Positions 1-8,054 of a stretch of 32,000 bases of DNA are shown here, in pieces. The stretch comes from Mesoplasma florum L1. GTDB taxonomy: Bacteria > Bacillota_I > Bacilli_A > Mycoplasmatales > Mycoplasmataceae. Under the pieces are notes generated by a model. The model did no database searches and was not told the DNA's origin. It was given only the letters and a program-made list of their open reading frames with translations. The DNA is taken from assembly GCF_000008305.1 (NCBI RefSeq), contig NC_006055.1:60001-92000 (forward strand), read 5' to 3'. How positions within the stretch are numbered: the stretch's first letter is position 1; each line of letters starts with the position of its first letter. The position numbers and the translations under genes were made by a program.

Positions 1-1052
1 AAGGTAAAAAATATGAATATAATGTTGAATTACCAAATCATGAAGTAGCAATTAAGTTTATTTTAGATAAATTAATTGAATTAAATATTATCAGCAATGT
101 AGATGATATAAATGCTGTAGGATTCAGGGTTGTTCATGGTGGAACAATAAGTAAATCTTCAATTATAGATCAAAAAGTCTTTGACACAATTAAAGATGCA
201 GTTAAATTAGCACCATTGCATAATCCAGGGGCTATAACAGCCATTGAGGCCATTGAAAAAGTTATGCCTAAAGCTAAATTGGTAGCATGCTTTGATACAG
301 CATATCATCAAACTTTAGCTGAAGAACAATATTTATACGCAGTTCCTTATTCTTGATATAAAGAACATGGTGTAAGAAAATACGGTTTTCATGGTATTAG
401 TTACCAATACATAGCAGAAAAAATGTCAGAAGTATTAGCCAAACCTAAAGACCAATTAAATCTTATCGTTTGCCACTTAGGTAACGGTGCAAGTATAACA
501 TGTATTAAAAATGGTAAATCATTTGATACAACAATGGGATTAACTCCTCTCGCTGGTGTAATGATGGGAACAAGAAGTGGTGATATTGATCCATCAATTA
601 TCGAATACATGTGTAAAGAATTACAATTGGACGTTTCAAAAATAACAAATATTTTAAATAAAGAATCAGGTCTGTTAGGATTAAGCGGAAAATCAAGTGA
701 TATGCGCGATGTAACTGGTGGATATTTTAAAGGTGATGAAGATTACAAAAGAGCACTTAACAAATATACACAAGTTTCTGCGGACTATATCATTAGATTT
801 GCAAACTTATTAGGACACAATATTGATGGTATTGTTTTCACAGCTGGTGTTGGTGAAAATTCAATTCATACAAGACAATTTATTTTAGAAAAATTACCTT
901 TATTAGATATTGAAATTGATAATGCTAAAAATGAAGAAAGTTATGGAGACTATAAATATATATCTTCACCAAATTCAAAAATAAAAGTATTAGCGGTTAG
1001 AACTAATGAAGAATTAATGATTTGTAAAGATACAATCAATTTAACTAAATAG
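1..1052 (+). CDS. ackA: acetate kinase (5' end cut by window edge)
   Basis: Frame 3 is open from the window edge. The translation (...VVHGG..LAPLHNPGAITAIEA..CFDTAYHQT..GFHGISYQY..CHLGNGASIT..GTRSGDIDP..FTAGVGENS..TNEELMI) is collinear with acetate kinase. The in-frame TGA at 355-357 (PYS-W-YKEHG) joins it to track ORF 423..1052. TAG stop. Confidence 0.95.
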
Positions 1053-1056
1053 AATT

Positions 1057-1084
1057 AAAAATAACCATTAAGGTTATTTTTTTA
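1057..1084 (+). terminator. rho-independent terminator after ackA
   Basis: Stem ataacc (1061-1066) pairs with ggttat (1072-1077), extended by flanking A/T pairs, and is followed by a T-run at 1077-1083. Confidence 0.7.
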
Positions 1085-1125
1085 TCTTTTAAATTATAAT
1101 TAATAATAAATAAATGAGGTGAAAC

Positions 1126-1926
1126 ATGAAAAGAGTATTATTTATAGGTTTAGGTCATATGGGTTCTTCACTTGTTAAGGGAGTTTTAAAAAATTCAAAT
1201 AATAAAATAGAAGTTTTTGGATACGATGTAATAAAAGAAGTTCAAGATAAAGCAATAAAAAATATTCAAGGGCTAAGACCTTTAAAAGATATTTCAGAAA
1301 TAGAACTTAAAAAAATAGATTATATTGTCATAGGGACAAGACCTATTGATGTTGAACCTTTATGTAAAAATATGGATCAATTAAACATTGATGGAAAAAC
1401 TATTATTTGTATGGCGAATGCAGTTACAATAGAAGATGTTCAGAATAATTTTGTAAAAAATAAGAAAGTTTCAGTAATTAGAATGATGCCAAACATGAAT
1501 GCTTCTATACAAAAATCTGTGACAGCTTTAGCAACTAAAAATGCATCAAATGAAACAATGAAATTTGTTTCTGAAATGTTTGAACTTTGTGGAATAGTGG
1601 AAAATATTGATGAAGATAAATTTGGAACACTAACAGCTATTTCTGGTTGCTCACCATCTTATATAATTTCATTTTTTAAAGCTATGACTGATTATGCAAT
1701 TGATAAAGGTTTCGAAAAAGAACAAGCCTTTAGAATAATAGAAGAGGCAATCATAGGAAGTGTTATGAATGCATCAAAATCAGAAGTAGAGTTAAGAACA
1801 ATGGTCGATCAAATTTGTGTTCCAAATGGATCAACTATTGAAGGGCAAAAAATTTTAGATAATAAAAACTTTGAAAAAATAATTCAAGAAGCACTGACAG
1901 CAGCAACTAAAAAAGCAACAAAATAA
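1126..1926 (+). CDS. proC: pyrroline-5-carboxylate reductase
   Basis: Intact 266-aa ORF with SD gaggtga upstream. It has an N-terminal GLGHMG dinucleotide fold and ProC-like motifs IRMMPNMNA, TAISGCSPSY and VPNGSTIEG. Confidence 0.85.
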   Translation: MKRVLFIGLGHMGSSLVKGVLKNSNNKIEVFGYDVIKEVQDKAIKNIQGLRPLKDISEIELKKIDYIVIGTRPIDVEPLCKNMDQLNIDGKTIICMANAVTIEDVQNNFVKNKKVSVIRMMPNMNASIQKSVTALATKNASNETMKFVSEMFELCGIVENIDEDKFGTLTAISGCSPSYIISFFKAMTDYAIDKGFEKEQAFRIIEEAIIGSVMNASKSEVELRTMVDQICVPNGSTIEGQKILDNKNFEKIIQEALTAATKKATK

Positions 1927-1950
1927 AAAAATCGGGGAAACCCGATTTTA
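1927..1950. terminator. bidirectional terminator between proC and the convergent azoR-like gene
   Basis: aaaatcggg (1928-1936), loop gaaa, cccgatttt (1941-1949). A-run and T-run flanks let it work on both strands. Confidence 0.75.
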
Positions 1951-1952
1951 AT

Positions 1953-2552
1953 TTAAAATTTCTTAGCAGCAGCAATCAAATCAGAAGTTATTGATGAAAC
2001 AATTTCTTTTGGAGATTGAGTACTTAGTGGTTCAACCTTAACACCAGCTAATAAAATAGGTTCAGCAACTTTTGCCCCCATAAATTCTCATGTACCTTTT
2101 AAATATGCTACATGATCTCCTCATGGGTATCAACCTTTTGGAGCTCCTTGAGTAGCAAGTATTTGAACTTTAAGTTTATCTAATAAACCAATGCTTGCAC
2201 CCTTTGTTGCGTATTTATAAGAAAAAGTTTGGTTAGCTAAAGCAACATGGTCAATATAGTTTTTTAACATTCCAGAAACATGGAAGTTATACATTGGAGC
2301 GATAACTAATAATTTATCAACATCTTTTAATTGATTAATATATTTCATTCCTTCTTCTTCACCTCAATAAGTTGAAAAAGTTTCAGTTGTTAAAACATTT
2401 GTTCCGACAACAAGTTTATTTAAATCTAATTCAATAATCTCGTCATTTGGATTAACTTTTTTGTATTCCTCTAAAAATATTCTTGCCATTTCGTGTGAAT
2501 TTGATTTATCACTTGGAATAACAGAACCATTTATAACTAATAATTTACTCAT
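1953..2552 (-). CDS. azoR: FMN-dependent NADH-azoreductase / quinone reductase family protein (199 aa)
   Basis: Track ORFs 2364..2552 and 2130..2348 are in one frame. Reading five in-frame TGA codons (2362-2364, 2130-2132, 2121-2123, 2088-2090 and one more between the two fragments) as Trp extends the ORF to TAA at 1953-1955. SD aaggaga lies upstream of the ATG at 2552. Flavodoxin-like AzoR/AcpD pattern MSKLLVINGS..., APMYNF, LKNYIDH. Confidence 0.85.
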
Positions 2553-2638
2553 AAAAATATTCTCCTTTTTATTATTTTAATTATATCACTAAAAGTTTAT
2601 AATCAATATTAACAAAACAACTGAAAAGGAATATAAAA

Positions 2639-3439
2639 ATGTTAAAAGAAAATAAGATTTTTGATGCACACATACATTTTAATGATGATTATAAATATAC
2701 AAATGAAATGATAGAACCTATGATTAATGAAGCTATTAAAAATGATGTTGAAGGTTTTTTATGCGCAAGCTTTGATATTAATTCAAGTAAAAAAGCTGTT
2801 GAACTTTCTAAAAAATATAAAGGAATTGTTTTTGCAGGTATTGCTATTCATCCAAACGATGTTTCAAAAAATAATTTTTCAGTTATGGAAGAATTAGATG
2901 AATTAGCAAAAGAAGCAGAGGTTATAGCAATTGGTGAAACAGGTCTTGATTATTTTTATACTAAGGAAGACGCAGAGTTGCAAAAAACATTTTTTAAAAA
3001 ACATATTGAGTTAGCAAAAAAACATAATAAAGCATTGCAAATACATATAAGAGATCACGTTAATGTTTTTGAAGCATATGATGATGTTGTTGAAATTTTA
3101 AAAGAATATAATTTAGAAAAAGTTATAGTACATTGCTTTTCGGCTAATTCTATATACGCACAAAAATTTTTGGATTTAGGTTGTTACATAAATATAGGGG
3201 GTGCAGTAACTTTTAAAAATGCAAAAGTGCTTCAAGAAGCCGTTGAAATTATACCTTTAGAAAAAATGCTAGTTGAAACAGACGCACCTTATTTAACACC
3301 ACATCCACATAGAGGACAATTAAACGAAGCAAAATTTATTAATTTAACTGTTGAGAAAATTGCAGAAATAAAAAATGTAACTAAAGAAGAAGTAATAAAA
3401 TTAACAACAAGCAACGCTAAATTAATTTTTAATATTTAA
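2639..3439 (+). CDS. tatD: TatD-family metal-dependent hydrolase/DNase (copy 1)
   Basis: Intact 266-aa ORF with TatD signatures DAHIHF, GETGLDY, VHCFS and ETDAPYLTP. Confidence 0.9.
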   Translation: MLKENKIFDAHIHFNDDYKYTNEMIEPMINEAIKNDVEGFLCASFDINSSKKAVELSKKYKGIVFAGIAIHPNDVSKNNFSVMEELDELAKEAEVIAIGETGLDYFYTKEDAELQKTFFKKHIELAKKHNKALQIHIRDHVNVFEAYDDVVEILKEYNLEKVIVHCFSANSIYAQKFLDLGCYINIGGAVTFKNAKVLQEAVEIIPLEKMLVETDAPYLTPHPHRGQLNEAKFINLTVEKIAEIKNVTKEEVIKLTTSNAKLIFNI

Positions 3440-3481
3440 AAGTTTTATAATTAAAGAGTAAGAGAAAAAGAGGATTACATA

Positions 3482-4273
3482 ATGGCAGGAGTATATGATA
3501 CACATTGTCACTTAAATGACAATATTTATATTGAAAATGAAATCTCAAGCAGCGAAATGGCGGCTGAGGCTAAAAAAAGCGGAGTAGACATAATTAATAA
3601 TGTTGGGTATGATATAAAATCATCAAAAGTTGCTTTAGTTCAAGCACAAAAAAATAAACATGTTTGAGCATTAGTTGGAATACATCCAACACACGCACAA
3701 TTTTTTACAGATGAAGCATATAATACTTTAGAGATTTTAGCTAACGCAGATAAAGTGGTTGGAATTGGTGAGACCGGTTTAGATTATTCAAGAGGCATTG
3801 AATATAAAAACCAACAAATTAGTGGATTTACAAAACAAGTTAAACTTGCTAAGAAAATGGATTTACCATTAATGTTACACGTAAGGGATATTGAAGGATC
3901 AATTGATGCTTATCACGATGTTTTAGCTATATTAAAAAAAGAGAAATATCATAAAGCAGTTTTACATGCTTTTAATGAAAGTTTAGAGATTGCAGAAATG
4001 TTTATTGAAAAAGGTATTCTAATATCAATAAATGGTCAAGTTACAAGAGATAAAAATTTAAAAAAAGTTGTTAAAGAATTACCAATGAATAGTATAGTTG
4101 TTGAATCAGATGCACCTTACGATACACCTAAACCATACAATAAAAAAACTAATGCTCCAAAATATTTACCTTTAGTTGTTGAAGCAATAGCTAATATTAA
4201 AAAAATGAGCAGATCTGATGTAGCAGAAATAACAAGGGATAATGCAGTTAGATTATTTTTCCCAAAAAGATAA
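3482..4273 (+). CDS. TatD-family metal-dependent hydrolase/DNase (copy 2)
   Basis: Track ORFs 3482..3667 and 3755..4273 share a frame. TGA at 3665-3667 is read as Trp (KHV-W-ALVGIHP). Motifs DTHCHL, GETGLDY, LHAFN and ESDAPY. It has its own SD agagga and a tataat box in the 42-bp spacer after copy 1. Confidence 0.9.
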
Positions 4274-4300
4274 AAAACTTAGCAAACGCTAAGTTTTTTA
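4272..4300. terminator. bidirectional terminator between tatD copy 2 and the convergent Cys-rich micro-ORF
   Basis: Stem cttagc (4278-4283), loop aaac, gctaag (4288-4293). It is flanked by A6 on the left and T6 on the right. Confidence 0.75.
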
Positions 4301-4411
4301 TTAGTCACAAGCACACTCACTCATTGTGCAATTGCAATCTTTACAAGTACAGCTTTCTTTAGTGCAATCAGCACAGCTGCATGTTTTACAAGTACATTTA
4401 TTATCTGCCAT
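4301..4411 (-). CDS. 36-aa cysteine-rich, metallothionein-like peptide (MADNKCTCKTCSCADCTKESCTCKDCNCTMSECACD); absent from the ORF track because it is under 60 aa
   Basis: ATG at 4411-4409, with GGAGGT SD at 4423-4418 (6-nt spacer) and TAA at 4303-4301. 11 of 36 residues are Cys, with no aromatic residues and no His. The CTCKxCxC module occurs twice, backed by an exact in-frame 12-nt repeat at 4340-4351 and 4385-4396. A terminator lies immediately downstream. Confidence 0.6.
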   Translation of the reverse strand: MADNKCTCKTCSCADCTKESCTCKDCNCTMSECACD

Positions 4412-4423
4412 ATACAAACCTCC

Positions 4424-4438
4424 AAGGAATTATTCCTT
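4424..4438. promoter_or_regulatory. perfect 7-1-7 palindrome AAGGAAT-T-ATTCCTT abutting the SD of the Cys-rich micro-ORF (candidate operator or 5'-UTR hairpin)
   Basis: Read directly: aaggaat (4424-4430), t (4431), attcctt (4432-4438). It ends one base from the SD at 4418-4423. Confidence 0.4.
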
Positions 4439-4464
4439 AATTTAATAGTATCACTTTAATATAA

Positions 4465-4492
4465 ATATGTATATAAAATATGTATATAAAAT
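4465..4492. repeat. tandem direct repeat, 2 x 13 bp (ATATGTATATAAA), in the divergent promoter region
   Basis: atatgtatataaa at 4465-4477 and again at 4478-4490. It lies just upstream of the -10-like tgatatataat (4498-4508) of the 4526 gene. Confidence 0.45.
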
Positions 4493-4525
4493 TATTTTGA
4501 TATATAATAATTAAAAGAGGTTAAA

Positions 4526-4846
4526 ATGAAAAACGAAGAATTTGAAGTTATTAATAAACTAGGTGGAAAACAAGTTAACATTTATTTAAATGATGAGACT
4601 TTAATATTAGAAAAACTTTTTGAACAAAAATATAATCAAAAACCAAATAGATCAAAAATATATAAAGATTTTTTAAAAAAACAATTAGGTGATGATTTGT
4701 TAAGTGAAATAAATGATTTTGATAAAAACATTTGCAGTTGTTGTGAAGGTGATTTTTCATTTACAAAAAAACAAATGTATTTATGTAATAATAAAGAAAA
4801 TAAAACAGCGTGCATAATTTGCGAAGACTGTATAATAAAAAAATAA
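4526..4846 (+). CDS. hypothetical 106-aa protein: putative ribbon-helix-helix DNA-binding N-terminus plus a 7-Cys C-terminal domain
   Basis: Intact ORF with SD aagagg at 4514-4519. Residues 15-54 (KQVNIYLNDETLILEKLFEQKY..NRSKIYKDFLKKQL) have a strand-helix-helix pattern. The C-terminus is CSCC..x13..C..x8..CIICEDC. It is divergent from the Cys-rich micro-ORF. The function is an inference. Confidence 0.7.
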   Translation: MKNEEFEVINKLGGKQVNIYLNDETLILEKLFEQKYNQKPNRSKIYKDFLKKQLGDDLLSEINDFDKNICSCCEGDFSFTKKQMYLCNNKENKTACIICEDCIIKK

Positions 4847-4864
4847 AAGCTTTAAGGAGCTTTT
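4845..4864. terminator. weak bidirectional hairpin between the 4526 gene and convergent msrA
   Basis: aaaagct (4845-4851), loop ttaagg, agctttt (4858-4864), followed by a T-run. The stem is AT-rich and overlaps both stop codons. Confidence 0.45.
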
Positions 4865-5354
4865 ATTTTTTATAATCTGATAAATCAATGTGACAATAAC
4901 CATTAGGATTTTTGTCCAAATATTTTTGGTGATATTCCTCAGCATCAAAGAAATTTTTTAATATTTCATTTTCAACAACAACTTTTTGAGTTGTTTGTTT
5001 TTGAAAGTTTTCCAAATATTTTTTTACAAAAGTAAAATCAAATTCATTTATTGAATATATACCAGTTCTATATTGTGTACCCCTATCATTCCCCTGTTGG
5101 TTTAGTAAAAATGGATTTATTATTGAAAAATATAAATCTAATATTTCTTTAAGAGATATTTCTTTTTCATTAAATTCAATTTTTAAAGTTTCTGTATGAT
5201 TTGTTTTTCCAGTACAAACTTCTTCATAAGTAGGGTTATCTATATCGCCTTGTGCATAACCAACAGTTGTTTTAATTATTCCTTTTTGATAATCAAAAAA
5301 AGCTTGAACTCCTCAGAAACAACCCCCAGCTAAATATATAGTTTTATTTTCCAT
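4863..5354 (-). CDS. msrA: peptide-methionine (S)-S-oxide reductase
   Basis: Not in the ORF track because it is split by TGA. The translation is [20 protein letters not shown]...GNDRGTQYRTGIY...EEYHQKYL...; the catalytic GCFWG Trp is a TGA codon (5313-5315). 163 aa, TAA stop at 4863-4865. Confidence 0.95.
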
Positions 5355-5649
5355 AATTTTTGACTCCTCAATCACTCATTTGATCTAGTATTGGTTTTAA
5401 GCTTTTACCTAAATCTGTTAAACTGTATTCAACCTTTGGTGGAACAACAGGGTAAACTGTTCTTTCTACAAGTTTATTTTCTTCTAAAAACCTCAAGTTT
5501 GATGTTAATACCTTTTGACTAATGCCTGCTATTCTTTTTTCCAATTCATTAAAGCGACAAGTTCCAAATGAAAGTTCTCGTATGATTAATATAACTCACT
5601 TTGATTTAATAAAATTTAATGTGTATTCTAATGGGCAAAATTTTTCCAT
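5344..5649 (-). CDS. HxlR/DUF24-family winged-helix transcriptional regulator (101 aa) with N-terminal Cys5
   Basis: Not in the ORF track (in-frame TGAs). The translation [81 protein letters not shown] matches the HxlR pattern CP..tl..i..KW...I...L....RF.EL...I..IS...L...L..LE...LV.R......P..VEY.LT..G. SD aaggaaa. Its stop overlaps the msrA start by 11 nt. Confidence 0.85.
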
Positions 5650-5670
5650 AATTTTCCTTACTTTCCTTTT

Positions 5671-5703
5671 TGTAAGTATATAACATTTTTGTTGGTACTT
5701 ACA
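5671..5703. promoter_or_regulatory. 8-bp inverted repeat TGTAAGTA-N17-TACTTACA in the hxlR / azoR divergent promoter region (candidate operator)
   Basis: tgtaagta (5671-5678) is the exact reverse complement of tacttaca (5696-5703). The repeat lies between the hxlR start (5649) and the azoR copy 2 -10 box. Confidence 0.4.
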
Positions 5704-5716
5704 TTATTTATTGTTT

Positions 5717-5722
5717 TATAAT
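5717..5722 (+). promoter_or_regulatory. consensus -10 box TATAAT for azoR copy 2
   Basis: tataat at 5717-5722, about 45 nt upstream of the ATG at 5768. SD agagga at 5753-5758. Confidence 0.4.
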
Positions 5723-5767
5723 ATTATATACTTGTATAGATAAAATACAAAGTAGAGGATAAACAAA

Positions 5768-6367
5768 ATGAAAAAAGTATTAGTAATTAATTCAAGTGTT
5801 TCTCAATTAAACAATTCAGATTCATTAGCAATGTCAAACATGTTTATTGAAGAATATAAAAAAATGAATCCAAATGATGAAATCATTAATCTAGATTTAA
5901 ATGAGACTAAAATGTCACAAAAAACATTAACAAGAAATAATATCGCTGAATATTTCAATCAAGAAGATTCATTTGATTTTATAGAACAATTAAAATCAGT
6001 TGACAAAATAGTTTTAAATTTTTCAATGGTTAACTGAGGTATACCAGCTATATTAAAAAACTATATAGATCATATAACAATTGCAAACCTTACTTTTACA
6101 TATAAGGGCTCAACAGATGGTAATGCAATAGGGTTACTTTCAAATATACAGGATGTTCAAATTTTAGCAACAAAAGGTGGAACTGGAACTCCAAACTCAG
6201 CATTTACAGAATATGTAAAAAACATTTGAGAATTTTTAGGTGCTAAGGTAAAAAGCGAAATCATCATTAACGAAATGATGGATATACCACCTTATGCAGA
6301 ACAATCTCCAATTGAGAATTTAGAAAAAGTAAAAGAACAAATTTTAAAAGCTGCTAAAAACTTTTAA
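5768..6367 (+). CDS. azoR: FMN-dependent NADH-azoreductase / quinone reductase family protein, second paralog (199 aa)
   Basis: Track ORF 5768..6037 continues through TGA at 6035-6037 and 6227-6229 to TAA at 6365-6367. It has the same length and the same conserved blocks as the 1953..2552 copy (EEYKK.NPNDEII.LDL, LKNYIDH, VQILATxG, WEFxGAKV). Confidence 0.85.
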
Positions 6368-6375
6368 TTTAATAT

Positions 6376-6406
6376 AAAAAAAGGAAACCCAAAGTTTCCT
6401 TTTTTT
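6376..6406. terminator. bidirectional terminator between azoR copy 2 and the convergent ABC-F gene
   Basis: aggaaac (6382-6388), loop ccaaa, gtttcct (6394-6400). It is flanked by an A-run and a T-run. Confidence 0.8.
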
Positions 6407-7943
6407 AATCTAAGATATCTTCAAAATCTAAAACTTTATCAGCTCATTGAGTTTCAAAGTTAATATCGTGGGTTGTAATTAAAACTGTACCTTCAAATGC
6501 TTTTATAGCATCTAAAAGAGATTCTTTTGCAAGAACATCAATGTGGTTAGTTGGCTCATCAAGAATAAGTAAACTACTTGGTTCTAAACTAAGAGCGGCT
6601 AACCTAACTTTTGTTTGTTCTCCCCCAGAAAGTTCTTTCATTTTATTCATCATTAATTCACTTTTAATACCAAACATACCAATCTTTGCTCTAACTTCAC
6701 CAGGTGTCATTTGAGGATATCTTGTTAGTAAATAACTAACAGGTGTTTCGTGTTCTTCGAAGTCATCAATCTGGTGGAAAAAGTTTGTAAAAACACCTTG
6801 TCCAATTTCAACTTCACCATCAATTTTCTCAATTTCTCCAGCAATAGTTTTTAAGAAGGTTGTTTTACCAATACCGTTATATCCTTTAACGATACATTTT
6901 TCACCTTCTCTAAGTTCAAAAGTTAATGGTTTTGTTAAAGCAAAATCATAACCAATTTCAAGTTTATCTGCTTTAACTATAACAGTTGAACTTGGTCTTC
7001 TATATTTAAAATGCATGTTAGGTTTTGCATTTTCTTTTCTAGCGTCCATTACGTCAATTTTTTCTAATTGTTTTTGTCTTGATTGAGCACTGCGAGCAGT
7101 TGAAGCTCTAGCACCATTTTTAGCAATGTATTCTTTAAGTTTTGATATCTGACCTTGTTGAGCTTCACGAGCTCTATCATATTGTTCAGCACGTAACGCT
7201 GAAAGTTCAACGTATTTGTCATAGTTACCAACATATCTAACAATTTCAAGATTTTCAATTGCATATATTATATTAACGATTCTATTTATAAAATCTCTAT
7301 CATGAGAAACAACTAAAAAAGCATTTTCATAATTTTGTAAGAAATTAACTAATCACTCAACTTGTTCAACGTCTAAAAAGTTTGTAGGTTCATCAAGTAA
7401 AATAAAGTCATCGTTTTTTAAAAGTAGTTTAGCTAATAATATTTTTCCTCTTTGACCACCAGAAAGTGATCCTAAGGGTCTTTTAATATTATCTGGTTCA
7501 ATACCAAGACCAGCAACCAAGTTTCCTATTTGCTTCTCAATACTGTCAAACCCTTTAATATTTAATTCATCTTGTAAAGCAAGAGCTTTAACAAGTTCTT
7601 CTTCTTTGTATTCGGTAGCCATGTCTTCATAAATTTTATGAATTTGCGCTTCCATGTCAAAAAGATATTTAAATGCATCTTTTAAATATTCTTCTCCAGT
7701 AATATTCATGTCAACTTCTTGGTGTTGATCAAGATATCCAATTTTTGCTTTTGGATGTCATTCTACCAAACCGTGATCTGGAACAATTTTTTGAGAAATA
7801 ATATTTAGTAAAGTTGTTTTACCAGCCCCGTTTGGACCTAAAAGAGCAACGTGCTCACCTTTGTTGATTCGCATGCTTGATTCTTCATATAATTTTTTTC
7901 CACCATTTTGATGTGATATGTTTTCTAATAATATTAAACTCAT
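6405..7943 (-). CDS. ABC-F family ATPase (two ABC domains, no TM domain; translation-factor type), 512 aa
   Basis: Track ORFs 7758..7979, 7353..7709 and 6444..7049 are one frame, joined across TGA codons. I translated the 7050-7352 gap and found it open. The start is moved to the ATG at 7943 (MSLILLENIS), which has SD aggaga. Walker A motifs GPNGAGKTT and GYNGIGKTT, signatures LSGGQRGK and LSGGEQTK, and a Q/R/K-rich interdomain linker. TGA at 6444-6446 is Trp; the true TAA is at 6405-6407. Confidence 0.9.
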
Positions 7944-8054
7944 ATGTTCTCCTAAAATAAATCTTTTTAATTTTATCAAAATAAAAATAATAATAAAGTC
8001 ATCAATCTTTATCTAAAATTTTTATTATTTTTAGTGTTATACCTTTTTATAATT

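Noticed and set aside
4301-4411. Alternative readings of the Cys-rich micro-ORF: a lanthipeptide or SCIFF-type RiPP precursor, or a non-coding repeat
   Set aside because: No lanthionine synthetase, radical-SAM maturase, protease or export gene lies nearby. There is no leader/core organisation, since the Cys residues start at residue 6. The 12-nt repeat is in frame and encodes CTCK twice, which argues for coding duplication and against a non-coding repeat. The metallothionein-like interpretation was kept as the working hypothesis.
7064-7264. Track ORF of 66 aa on the minus strand inside the ABC-F gene
   Set aside because: It is in a different frame from the ABC-F reading frame, which I translated continuously through 7050-7352 (...FLVVSHDRDFINRIVN...QSRQKQLEKI...). 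It is an out-of-frame artefact.
7944-8054. Possible leader peptide or attenuator upstream of the ABC-F gene, as in antibiotic-resistance ARE ABC-F genes
   Set aside because: I saw no short SD-preceded ORF and no alternative hairpins in the 110-bp leader. The interdomain linker is of housekeeping length (YbiT/YfmM-like), not an extended ARE-type linker.
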